Virus record (IMG/VR): IMGVR_UViG_3300020352_000031
Coordinates: 1-25,899 of that record
Reading direction: 5' to 3' (one strand)
Length of the DNA: 25,899 bases
Source: a virus
Taxonomy: Duplodnaviria > Caudoviricetes
The notes under the pieces are model-generated. The model did no database searches, had not been told where the DNA came from, and saw only the letters and a program-made list of their open reading frames with translations. A program made the translations under genes and the position numbers. Of the stretch, positions 5,316-13,792 are shown one piece after another. Within the stretch, counting starts at the first letter, position 1, and the number at the start of each line of letters is the position of its first letter.

Positions 5316-5822
5316 ATGAGTATATTAGATAACGTAGAATATGAGAGCTATATAGGTTCATGGCCAACAGAGGACGATCGGACATGGATTGCAGAGGCAT
5401 GCGCGGATGCAACAGCAAAAACTCCAGAGTGGTGTATGGAGCAATTTATGATAGAAAAACCGTCCACGGTTCCTACCACCGGCATATTCATAATACCTAG
5501 ATTATTTAGACAGAAAACCGATAATCAAAGAGTATTCGTAGTAGCTAACGTAATAAACATAGATGCACAACACTCAGTATTTTTGGCGAGTGCAGTACAC
5601 CCAGACCACAGAAAGCAAGGACATATGACTAAATATGCAAGAGAAGTGTGGGTATGGGGCCAAACAAACACATGGCTCAACGAAACTATTAAAGATTCTA
5701 TATACCCTCGTATCCCTGCCGCAGGGCATTCTAATCACTCGAATGCTTACACAGCTATGAAAACAAATAGAGGACAAGTAACACTTAGCGCAAGCGTACA
5801 AGATCTATACGACGAACTATAA
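5316..5822 (+). CDS. Putative GNAT-fold acetyltransferase-like protein
   Basis: ATG at 5316 after AGGAG; acetyl-CoA motif A-like AVHPDHRKQGH. Confidence 0.5.
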   Translation: MSILDNVEYESYIGSWPTEDDRTWIAEACADATAKTPEWCMEQFMIEKPSTVPTTGIFIIPRLFRQKTDNQRVFVVANVINIDAQHSVFLASAVHPDHRKQGHMTKYAREVWVWGQTNTWLNETIKDSIYPRIPAAGHSNHSNAYTAMKTNRGQVTLSASVQDLYDEL

Positions 5823-7781
5823 ATGGCAACAGTAACCCTACCTTTAGCACAAACTCACAGTACCGTAAGTGCTGGCCTTCAAGACCTTACAGAAACGGTA
5901 ACTGTTAATATCACCGTGCCTAGTACTTATAACGGTAGTAGCTATACTGGTGATGGTGTAGGGGTTACTCAAAATGCTACTAATTGTAATATCTCAGATA
6001 CTACTCCCAACTGTCCAGGCACTGCTGCCTTTACAGTTACTAGAGCATCGGGCGTCGGAGCTTGGAGCGTAAAAGTAGTATATGAAGACTTTAAGCAAGG
6101 AAGCACAGTTTATAGCTTTTCCCGAACTTTATCAGGATACTGGGCAGACGCCACTCCTAATAATTATAGCTGGCCTGCTACACACGGAGCTCCTCTTAAT
6201 ACTTACATATATAATAATGTGCAGCTTAGTGGCTTTAACACAACTCTTTCTGTAACTTGTTCAGGATTAGCCACATCAGTTTCAAATAGTACAACAGCAG
6301 GTACTTTCAGTACGGCTGCAAAAAACATAACAACCGGGCAGTACTTACACACTCGTATACTTTCCTCTGGCTCTTTTGGTACAACGGTCTCAGGAACAAC
6401 CAGTGTAGGCGGTCTTACTCGAACTAAGAGTGTCACTACACTCGTCGCAGATACAACACCTAACTCTTGGTCAGCTACTGATCAAGTTAATCAAGAATTA
6501 AATATACAGCATTATTATATTCGACAAATAACAGGTATCAACACCTCAGTTAACGTTACTGCTTCAGGTACAGCTGGCACCCTGTTTAAGGTAAATAATA
6601 GTTCATCGTATGTTGCTACAGGCTACAGTACTCCTGGAACTACTTTAAGTATTACGAATGGGCAGTACCTGCATGTTGCCATACTAGCGGCACCGACTTA
6701 CTCCACTAACAGAAATATAACTGTCAGTATCGGAGGAGTTTCAGATAACTGGAGTGTTACAACTAGAGCTGCTGATGTAACACCTAATGCTTTTAACTTA
6801 CCTGACCAAACCAACGCTGCTAGAAGTACTTTTTTCTACTCAGTAGCATACATATCTGGAATTGAAGCTGCTGTATCATTTAATGGCAGTGGTAGCGGAG
6901 CTGTGGCTGTATCTAATACTGCAGGAAATGGTTCAGGAAGTACAAGTAGTGGCTTAGCCTATACTACAGGTGCTGTTAATGTATCAAATGGTCAGTATCT
7001 ACATGTTAGATTAGCGTCTTCCGCCTCGTTTAGTACCACAACAAGTACTACAGTTACGGGTGGAGGAGTAAGTAGCGTATTTAGTATCACTACCTTGGCG
7101 GCTGATACAACTCCTAATGCGTTTAGCTTTACAAATGTTACAAATGCTGCTTTAAATTCTCCGTATACTCGAAGCGCACAAATAACAGGGCTAAATGCTA
7201 GCACACTAGCTAGTGTAAGCGGAAATTCTGCTAAGATTGCTGTAACTTCATCGTCCACTATCCCATCAGATGCCGCATTTACTACAGCTTCTATAAGCAT
7301 GTCTAACACCAACTATATTCATGTAAAAATGAACGCATCTGGCTCTTATAGTACAGCTGTTAGTACTACAGTGAATGTGGGAGGAGTAACAAGTGCTTGG
7401 TCAGTTACTACAGGAGCCCAGGGCGGTACTGGAGGAGGTGGGGGCACAGGTACTGGAGCAGGAACATCTAGTAACCTAGACTATGGAATACAGTTGATAG
7501 GTACAGATGGAAGTACCGAAGTACTTGGAGTTAACACAAGAACAAGCAACCTACAGGTGTACCAGAGTGTATTTATAGCAGCAAATTCAACCTCCTCAGT
7601 TATAGCATGCCCTGATGCTAATAACTCGAGCAAAATATTAATTACAGTAGCACATAGCGGGGGATTCGGAAATAATAACTTTTTCTTATCAGTAAGTAAT
7701 AAAACTAGTACGGGGTTCACAGTAACAAACACTGCTAGTAGTGGTCTTACTGTGAAGATTGTTGCTATAAGGATAACATAA
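5823..7781 (+). CDS. Ser/Thr-rich virion adhesin/tail-fibre-like protein with four ~101-110 aa beta-rich (Ig-like?) repeats
   Basis: Repeats begin ADxTPN at 6144, 6447, 6771 and 7101, each with (G)QYLH/NYIH; Gly linker; C-terminal YGIQL domain; sits next to a fibre chaperone. Confidence 0.65.
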   Translation: MATVTLPLAQTHSTVSAGLQDLTETVTVNITVPSTYNGSSYTGDGVGVTQNATNCNISDTTPNCPGTAAFTVTRASGVGAWSVKVVYEDFKQGSTVYSFSRTLSGYWADATPNNYSWPATHGAPLNTYIYNNVQLSGFNTTLSVTCSGLATSVSNSTTAGTFSTAAKNITTGQYLHTRILSSGSFGTTVSGTTSVGGLTRTKSVTTLVADTTPNSWSATDQVNQELNIQHYYIRQITGINTSVNVTASGTAGTLFKVNNSSSYVATGYSTPGTTLSITNGQYLHVAILAAPTYSTNRNITVSIGGVSDNWSVTTRAADVTPNAFNLPDQTNAARSTFFYSVAYISGIEAAVSFNGSGSGAVAVSNTAGNGSGSTSSGLAYTTGAVNVSNGQYLHVRLASSASFSTTTSTTVTGGGVSSVFSITTLAADTTPNAFSFTNVTNAALNSPYTRSAQITGLNASTLASVSGNSAKIAVTSSSTIPSDAAFTTASISMSNTNYIHVKMNASGSYSTAVSTTVNVGGVTSAWSVTTGAQGGTGGGGGTGTGAGTSSNLDYGIQLIGTDGSTEVLGVNTRTSNLQVYQSVFIAANSTSSVIACPDANNSSKILITVAHSGGFGNNNFFLSVSNKTSTGFTVTNTASSGLTVKIVAIRIT

Positions 7782-8464
7782 TGGCATACGGCTTTGAAAT
7801 AACAGGAGGAGACAGCGCAGGCTCGTTTAAGGTTGTAGACACTGATCTTAACATGATAAATCTGCCTATACTTGCTCAAGGTTCCGGCAGTAGTGTCTAT
7901 GCAACAGGCTCTACGAATAAACCTTTTATATTTGTAAATGCAAAAGCGTTGTCTAATCAGCAGCTTGGAATAGTAGCAACATGGAATAGTAGTAGTAAGC
8001 TGATATCTTTTTATAAAGTTAATGTAACGTATCCTAGTAGTACTCAAGTTGACTTAACTCTTACTGCAGTATCTGTAAATTATTTTATAGTACAAAAAGC
8101 TGATGAAATAACGGCCTCCACCCAAGGGTATGGACTACAGGTGTTTACCTCAGCAGGCGCAATAGCAGTAGATTCTCAAAGATATCCTGTTAGCGCTACT
8201 TATTATATGAGCGAGTTAGTACCCCCGAACAAAAACAGATTCAACTTTGTAGATACTCTAACCACTGATGAAGACGCCTACGTAGATCTTAGCTATACAC
8301 GAACCACCGATGGCAACGGATTCGTGTATTATAATCTAGCTAGATTCGACTCCACAGAAATTGTTACTCAGTCTGCTTTTATTTTTTACTTTGGGGACTT
8401 TGGGACAGACTTCGTACAAGACAAACTTCCAATAGGCGAGGTTTTAATCGCCAAATTAAGATAA
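7781..8464 (+). CDS. Putative tail-tip/fibre-associated protein
   Basis: Twin YG motifs (MAYGFEI, YGLQVF) typical of siphophage tail-tip accessory proteins; translationally coupled to the upstream gene. Confidence 0.55.
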   Translation: MAYGFEITGGDSAGSFKVVDTDLNMINLPILAQGSGSSVYATGSTNKPFIFVNAKALSNQQLGIVATWNSSSKLISFYKVNVTYPSSTQVDLTLTAVSVNYFIVQKADEITASTQGYGLQVFTSAGAIAVDSQRYPVSATYYMSELVPPNKNRFNFVDTLTTDEDAYVDLSYTRTTDGNGFVYYNLARFDSTEIVTQSAFIFYFGDFGTDFVQDKLPIGEVLIAKLR

Positions 8465-8474
8465 GGAATAAATT

Positions 8475-8951
8475 ATGAATATTAATGCTATAGTATCAAT
8501 ACAGGAAAGTACAGGTAAGATAATACGAGTGATACTGCCTCAACTTGACGTTCCGCCAGAGGGATTGGTAGACGGTATTCGAACCGTATACCTTACTGAC
8601 TGGAGTTTAGCTAACACAGACTATGCAAATTTTATGCAAAACTACTGGTTCAATACAAGTAACTTAGAATTTTTTGAAGTAGGGGAGCCCCCTAATGCAT
8701 ATGCAGAGTGGGACTTATCCTCCTCAGCTTGGACATGGGACGCCAACTTAGTACTGACAGATATAAGATCAAAAAGATCCATACTTCTACTTAGAACAGA
8801 TTGGACACAAGTTTCTGATAATACTCTAACAGATGCTCAAAGAGAAGAAGCTCGTACGTATAGAACTGCTTTAAGGAATATCACTAGCAGTTTGAGTAAT
8901 CCGGAGAATGTGGAAGATGTAACGTGGCCGACACCACCTAGCTTTTTATAA
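8475..8951 (+). CDS. Tail fibre assembly chaperone
   Basis: C-terminal IRSKR..LL..TDWTQ..D...YRTALRNIT...WPTPP signature. Confidence 0.8.
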   Translation: MNINAIVSIQESTGKIIRVILPQLDVPPEGLVDGIRTVYLTDWSLANTDYANFMQNYWFNTSNLEFFEVGEPPNAYAEWDLSSSAWTWDANLVLTDIRSKRSILLLRTDWTQVSDNTLTDAQREEARTYRTALRNITSSLSNPENVEDVTWPTPPSFL

Positions 8952-8971
8952 TACCTTGTCAAAAATACTTC

Positions 8972-9000
8972 TTGACAATCCACCCCTTACCTACTATAAT
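8972..9000 (+). promoter_or_regulatory. Consensus sigma70 late promoter for the terS operon
   Basis: TTGACA (8972-8977), 17 bp, TATAAT (8995-9000). Confidence 0.9.
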
Positions 9001-9007
9001 TCTAACC

Positions 9008-9469
9008 ATGGCTAAAGAATTAACTACAATTTCCCCAGAGGGACTCGAAGTTGCGAACTCTTATTTACAGTTCGGAAACATTAACGGGGTCACCCAATAC
9101 TTAGGTGTACCTGAAAATAAAGTAGTAGAGTTGTTGAATAAGCGAGAGGTCAAGAAATATATTGACACTGTTTATCTAGACATGGGGTATCGTAACAAGA
9201 ATAATATTGCCAGCGTTCTCGATGAAATGATTGAAAACAAACTAGAAGAAGCTAAGGAAACTGGCGTGTACTCTAGCAAAGATTTGGCTGATCTGTTACA
9301 AATGGCTCACAAAATGAGGATGGACGAGATTAAAGCACAAGCAGAACTCGAAAAGATTCAGAGCACTAGCGTAAGAAGTCAGACTAATGTCCAGATTAAT
9401 GAAGGTGTACCTTTCGGCCAGGGCAACTACGGTAAGCTCATGGAAAAGCTATTAAAAGATGTTAACTGA
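9008..9469 (+). CDS. terS: Terminase small subunit (T5-like)
   Basis: ISPEGLEVANSYLQ, EVKKYID, GYRN, AHKMRMDE and QTNVQIN match T5 TerS as recalled; start at ATG 9008. Confidence 0.85.
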   Translation: MAKELTTISPEGLEVANSYLQFGNINGVTQYLGVPENKVVELLNKREVKKYIDTVYLDMGYRNKNNIASVLDEMIENKLEEAKETGVYSSKDLADLLQMAHKMRMDEIKAQAELEKIQSTSVRSQTNVQINEGVPFGQGNYGKLMEKLLKDVN

Positions 9470-9665
9470 AGATGAAGTACTTAAAGTGAAAATGGAATTA
9501 CGAGAACATGAGATCCAATGCGAGGAAAGATGGAAAACTACCTTTACTCGATTTGATCGTATTGAAGAGCAACTCGTAAGAATGGAACAGAGACAAATGG
9601 CTGGACTAGGAACTCTTGTAGTATTTCTAGCTGGCATAGTTGTGGCTGTAGCTACTCAAACTTAA
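9459..9665 (+). CDS. Small coiled-coil protein with C-terminal TM helix
   Basis: HEIQCEERW coiled coil and hydrophobic C-terminus; possible lysis-related membrane protein. Confidence 0.65.
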   Translation: MLTEDEVLKVKMELREHEIQCEERWKTTFTRFDRIEEQLVRMEQRQMAGLGTLVVFLAGIVVAVATQT

Positions 9666-9667
9666 TC

Positions 9668-9970
9668 ATGGCTACTAAAATAAATGAAGCCACAGAATTA
9701 GCGATACCTTTAAAGAATCTTATAGGATTAGTAACATTTACTGCCGTGTCCGTTTGGGCTTATTCAGGTATTACAGAAAGAATATCCTTCCTAGAGCATA
9801 ACATGGCTGCTGCAGTCACCGAAATAGAGGAAAACGATAATTGGATAGACGAGTTCGCACCACCACCCGAGGTACAGGACAACATTAAAAGAGTTAGAGA
9901 GCTTGAACTCAGAGTACGAGTTCTCGAAACTAAGGTAGATGCGGAAACTCCGCACGGTTATGGAGAATAA
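9668..9970 (+). CDS. Membrane-anchored coiled-coil protein
   Basis: N-terminal TM segment followed by heptad-rich region. Confidence 0.65.
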   Translation: MATKINEATELAIPLKNLIGLVTFTAVSVWAYSGITERISFLEHNMAAAVTEIEENDNWIDEFAPPPEVQDNIKRVRELELRVRVLETKVDAETPHGYGE

Positions 9971-9972
9971 TC

Positions 9973-10131
9973 ATGGCAGAACAAAAGAAAGGAACTTGGT
10001 GGGCTATTAAGGGCGACCAAAAGAAAGGCTTCGCAAGTCAAAAAGATGCAGAAGCATATGAAGCCGGCACTCTAGAAGAGAAAAAAGAAGTCCTCAACAA
10101 AATAGAAGGGGACAAGTCAGTAGAGATTTAA
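9973..10131 (+). CDS. Hypothetical protein (52 aa, MAEQKKGTWWAIKG...)
   Basis: Translated manually; GGAG RBS; fills the gap exactly. Confidence 0.65.
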   Translation: MAEQKKGTWWAIKGDQKKGFASQKDAEAYEAGTLEEKKEVLNKIEGDKSVEI

Positions 10132-10317
10132 GTGGCTGTTCGTAAGAGAAAGAAGGCAGCAAAGAAAAAGCCGGTACCTACTAACAAAAAACTTTACGCA
10201 CGAGTGAAGGCACAAGCTAAACGAAAGTTTGCTGTGTACCCTTCTGCTTATGCAAATGGATGGCTTGTAAAAACTTATAAAGCCAAAGGCGGAAAATACC
10301 GCATGGGGAGCAAATAA
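10132..10317 (+). CDS. Highly basic small protein
   Basis: Lys/Arg-rich; YPSAYANGWLVKTYK.KGG.Y motif. Confidence 0.75.
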   Translation: MAVRKRKKAAKKKPVPTNKKLYARVKAQAKRKFAVYPSAYANGWLVKTYKAKGGKYRMGSK

Positions 10318-10469
10318 TGCCAGCAGGAAAAGGAACATACGGAAAGAAAAGAGGACGTCCAGCCAAGAAAGGTAAGAAGTCACCCAGCAAAAAGAAAGGC
10401 TTAACAGCCGCTCAGAAGAAGTTACCCCCAGCACTTCGTAAAGCTATACTGAAGAAGAAAAAGAAGTGA
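10317..10469 (+). CDS. Highly basic 50-aa protein with AT-hook-like KRGRP
   Basis: Translated manually: MPAGKGTYGKKRGRPAKKGKKSPSKKKGLTAAQKKLPPALRKAILKKKKK; TAATG coupling. Confidence 0.75.
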   Translation: MPAGKGTYGKKRGRPAKKGKKSPSKKKGLTAAQKKLPPALRKAILKKKKK

Positions 10470-10487
10470 GGCCATAGGAGATAGACC

Positions 10488-10754
10488 GTGAGTTTAAAGA
10501 AGTGGTTTAAAGAAGAGTGGGTAGATATATCCAGACCCAAAAAGGGTGGCGGCTATGAGAAATGTGGACGAAGTAAAGCAGGAAAGAAAACATATCCAAA
10601 GTGTCTGCCCAAAGCCAAAGCCGCTGGTCTTACTGAAAAGCAACGAAAATCAGCTGTTCGTAGAAAACGAGCAGCTGGTAATCCAGGAGGAAAGCCAACT
10701 AACGTTAGCACCTTTGTAAAGAGAAAGAAACGTGGCGGTAAAAAGAAAAAGTAA
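10488..10754 (+). CDS. Highly basic small protein (DUF5872-like)
   Basis: LKKWFKEEWVD...CGRS...YPKCLP; AGGAG RBS. Confidence 0.72.
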   Translation: MSLKKWFKEEWVDISRPKKGGGYEKCGRSKAGKKTYPKCLPKAKAAGLTEKQRKSAVRRKRAAGNPGGKPTNVSTFVKRKKRGGKKKK

Positions 10755-11037
10755 GAAAAAAGATTCAAGACTTAAAAAAGCTGGGGTATCTGGCTACAAC
10801 AAACCAAAGAGAACCCCAGGACACGCTAAAAAATCACACATCGTTGTGGCTAAAGTAGGCGCTAAAGTAAAGACTATCAGATTCGGTCAAAAAGGAGCTA
10901 AAACAGCAGGAAAGCCTAAAGCAGGCGAGTCAGCTGCAATGAAAGCAAAGAGAAAGAGTTTCAAAGCACGCCACGCAAAGAATATTGCTAAAGGCAAGAT
11001 GTCAGCCGCATACTGGGCGGACAAAGTTAAATGGTGA
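10732..11037 (+). CDS. Highly basic small protein (DUF5754-like)
   Basis: KTIRFGQKG...RKSFKARH...SAAYWADKVKW. Confidence 0.72.
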   Translation: MAVKRKSKKKDSRLKKAGVSGYNKPKRTPGHAKKSHIVVAKVGAKVKTIRFGQKGAKTAGKPKAGESAAMKAKRKSFKARHAKNIAKGKMSAAYWADKVKW

Positions 11038-11043
11038 TGCTAA

Positions 11044-11493
11044 ATGTTAATGGAACTTGGAGCGATAGTGTCTGCAGTCAGTACTGCTACTTCGATGATC
11101 AACAAAGTTGCTTCTACAACTAATGATATATCGTCGATAAGTGGGTTCCTTACCAGCCTAGGCAGTGCACAAGTAGACCTACAGACTTTATCTAATTCAG
11201 GTAAGTTAACTGAAAAAGATGCTATTCAAGCTGCCTTAACTAAGAAACAAATTGATGAAACTATGAAAGAGATTAAAGATCTCTTTACTATTAGCGGCAA
11301 CGGAGCTTTGTACGCTGACGCTATGCAAGAGCTAGCAAATGCTAGAAAACGAAGGCTCGATGAAGTAAGGCGTAAGCAAAAAGAACGAAAAGAATTAATG
11401 AGCATGATTAAGTTGGGTGCCATAGCAATAGGTGTAGCTATCTTTTTAGTTCCTTTACTTTTGACTTTCATCGTCAGTGTAATTAAGGGGTAA
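11044..11493 (+). CDS. Hypothetical helical protein with C-terminal TM
   Basis: ORF track; hydrophobic C-terminus preceded by a basic stretch. Confidence 0.7.
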   Translation: MLMELGAIVSAVSTATSMINKVASTTNDISSISGFLTSLGSAQVDLQTLSNSGKLTEKDAIQAALTKKQIDETMKEIKDLFTISGNGALYADAMQELANARKRRLDEVRRKQKERKELMSMIKLGAIAIGVAIFLVPLLLTFIVSVIKG

Positions 11494-11496
11494 TAC

Positions 11497-11646
11497 ATGA
11501 GAACAGATATTCAAGAATTCGAACTTAGACAGCAAGCTGAAAAGATAGAACAACAGCGTAAGGACATAATGAATCTTATGCGCAGTGAAGGATGTGAGTG
11601 TCCTTGCGAGCCTCCTTGTGAGTGTGAGGACTGTGACTGTGGATGA
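11497..11646 (+). CDS. 49-aa protein with a metallothionein-like Cys-rich tail
   Basis: Translated manually: MRTDIQEFELRQQAEKIEQQRKDIMNLMRSEGCECPCEPPCECEDCDCG; AAGGGG RBS. Confidence 0.7.
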   Translation: MRTDIQEFELRQQAEKIEQQRKDIMNLMRSEGCECPCEPPCECEDCDCG

Positions 11647-12079
11647 GCAGAAAATAGTTTCTCTAAAAGAGAAGTTTATTTACGTTAGAGACGGAGATCG
11701 ATATGGCAAGCGAGATGCTTGGTATATTATGAAACCCGAAGGCGAAGGAGAGCTAGAGCGGTATAGAGGCGACTGTGAAGATTTTGCACTAACTACTCTA
11801 TATCAGCATTGCGACGAAAGCTTACTTAAGTTTTGGTGGATGCTCATAAGCTATAAAGCACAGATAACATATTGCTATGTTAAGACTCCTGAGCGGGGTC
11901 ACGCAGTTTTAAGAATTGAAGACGATTGGACAGATAACATATTTGGTAAGGTAGTTACTCAAGCTGATATGATTGATTACGGATACGTCTTTCAAACAAA
12001 ATATTTTAACCCCCTTACAGTAGCTATTAAACTACTCAAAGGTAAATGGTGGAAGAGCCAGAATGATAGAAGTAAGTAG
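11639..12079 (+). CDS. Transglutaminase-like cysteine protease (BTLCP/C93, LapG-like)
   Basis: GDCEDFA, GHAVL and a downstream DN giving a Cys-His-Asp triad; probable GTG start at 11639 after GAGGA. Confidence 0.75.
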   Translation: MDEQKIVSLKEKFIYVRDGDRYGKRDAWYIMKPEGEGELERYRGDCEDFALTTLYQHCDESLLKFWWMLISYKAQITYCYVKTPERGHAVLRIEDDWTDNIFGKVVTQADMIDYGYVFQTKYFNPLTVAIKLLKGKWWKSQNDRSK

Positions 12080-13364
12080 ACAAGATATAATCCCAGATTA
12101 TCTTCTTGATTTCCCAGTAGCAGATAAGTTCCTCAAGCTCCCAGTAGAGCCCTATATGGATTTACTGGGTATTGAGGCGCTCCCCTCCCAAGTAGCTATT
12201 ATAAATGCAATTAACTCTCCTAAGTACAGATTCGTTTGTGCTGCTGTTTCACGACGTCAAGGAAAAACTTATATAGCGAATATTATTGGGCAACTAGTAT
12301 CTCTTGTTCCTGGTTCCAATATTCTTATTATGTCCCCCAACTATGCCCTATCTCAAATTTCTTTTGATCTACAGCGAACGTTAATCAAACACTTCGATCT
12401 AGAAGTTACGAAAGACAACGCAAAAGATAAAGTTATCGAAATATCTAACGGCTCTACCATCCGCATGGGATCAGTAAACCAAGTTGACTCTTGTGTTGGT
12501 AGATCGTATGATTTAATTATTTTTGATGAGGCAGCCCTCGCCGACGGTAAAGACGCTTTCAACGTAGCACTACGTCCTACTCTAGATAAAGATAATTCTA
12601 AAGCAATCTTTATTTCCACACCCCGGGGTCGCAACAACTGGTTCGCAGAGTTCTTTGATAGAGGCTTCGATGAACAATTTTCTGAGTGGGTATCCATCAA
12701 AGCTACTTACAGATCTAATCCCCGTATGTCAGAGAACGATATTTTAGAAGCTAGAAAGAGTATGTCTGAAGCAGAGTTTCGGCAAGAGTATGAAGCTGAC
12801 TTCAACACATTTGAAGGTCAAGTATGGAGCTTTGACTTTGAGAAGTGTACAGGTGACTTTCAGGAAATGGAGACTAAACGTCTAGATATATTCGCAGGGC
12901 TAGACGTAGGCTACAGAGACCCTACAGCATTTTGTGTACTTGGGTATGATTGGGATGAAGAGATATTCTACTTATTGGACGAATACTTAGATGCCGAAAA
13001 GACAACAGAACAACACGCAGGTGAAATACAAAGACTTATTGATAAGTGGGATATAGACTATATATTTATTGACTCCGCAGCTCAACAAACTCGATTTGAC
13101 TTTGCACAAAATTATGACATTAGTACTATCAACGCTAAGAAATCAATTTTAGATGGTATTGCAAGAGTAGAAGGAATAGTCGACAATGATCGTTTGTTTA
13201 TAGATCAGACTTGCACAGAAACTCTGGCCGCCCTAGACCAATACCAATGGGACCCCAACCCTAACCTACTTAAAGAAAAACCAAAACATAATAGAGCCTC
13301 GCACATGGCGGATGCTCTTAGGTACGCTCTCTACTCGTTTGAAACATCAAACAGTGGTTTTTAA
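12063..13364 (+). CDS. terL: Terminase large subunit (T5-like)
   Basis: Walker A SRRQGKT, Walker B IIFDEAA, ISTPRG coupling motif, RNase H-like GLDVG...D. Confidence 0.96.
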   Translation: MIEVSRQDIIPDYLLDFPVADKFLKLPVEPYMDLLGIEALPSQVAIINAINSPKYRFVCAAVSRRQGKTYIANIIGQLVSLVPGSNILIMSPNYALSQISFDLQRTLIKHFDLEVTKDNAKDKVIEISNGSTIRMGSVNQVDSCVGRSYDLIIFDEAALADGKDAFNVALRPTLDKDNSKAIFISTPRGRNNWFAEFFDRGFDEQFSEWVSIKATYRSNPRMSENDILEARKSMSEAEFRQEYEADFNTFEGQVWSFDFEKCTGDFQEMETKRLDIFAGLDVGYRDPTAFCVLGYDWDEEIFYLLDEYLDAEKTTEQHAGEIQRLIDKWDIDYIFIDSAAQQTRFDFAQNYDISTINAKKSILDGIARVEGIVDNDRLFIDQTCTETLAALDQYQWDPNPNLLKEKPKHNRASHMADALRYALYSFETSNSGF

Positions 13365-13386
13365 TGATACCATGCAAAAATAATAT

Positions 13387-13415
13387 TTGACATGGTACCT
13401 CAAACTCGATATAAT
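13387..13415 (+). promoter_or_regulatory. Consensus sigma70 late promoter
   Basis: TTGACA (13387-13392), 17 bp, TATAAT (13410-13415). Confidence 0.88.
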
Positions 13416-13429
13416 TCTGGTATTAGAAA

Positions 13430-13792
13430 ATGGATTTAAAAAGAGACATCGTAAAATACATAAGAGACAAAGCAAAGAATAAGTATAAAAAAGGCACTGA
13501 ATGCCGAATATGTGGAGAGAAAGTTAAATTAGACTTCCACCACTTTTATACACTAGCTCCTCTAATACATGACTACGTTGCAAAGAACAAACTAGACCCC
13601 AAGAATGTACTCTCTTTCAGAGAAGACTTCATAGCAGAGCATCAAGCAGAGTTGTACGAACATACAGTAACTTTGTGCAATGCTCATCATTTACAGTTAC
13701 ATTCCATTTATGGGAGAAACCCTAGCTTAGGCACTGCTGATAAGCAGAAGAACTGGGTAGAGATTCAAAGAGAAAAGCATGGCATGGTATAG
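13430..13792 (+). CDS. HNH endonuclease (T5-like nicking endonuclease)
   Basis: CRICG...DFHH...TLCNAHH..LH; lies between terL and portal as in T5. Confidence 0.85.
   Translation: MDLKRDIVKYIRDKAKNKYKKGTECRICGEKVKLDFHHFYTLAPLIHDYVAKNKLDPKNVLSFREDFIAEHQAELYEHTVTLCNAHHLQLHSIYGRNPSLGTADKQKNWVEIQREKHGMV

Noticed and set aside
6144-7410. Diversity-generating retroelement or invertible cassette in the adhesin gene
   Set aside because: Repeats are divergent protein-domain duplications; no near-identical TR/VR pair, reverse transcriptase or invertase in the window
8972-9007. TTG start of terS from the ORF track
   Set aside because: That TTG is the -35 box of the promoter; homology starts near ATG 9008
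9459-9970. Holin/spanin lysis cassette
   Set aside because: Membrane topology is suggestive, but no endolysin or lipoprotein lipobox is evident nearby
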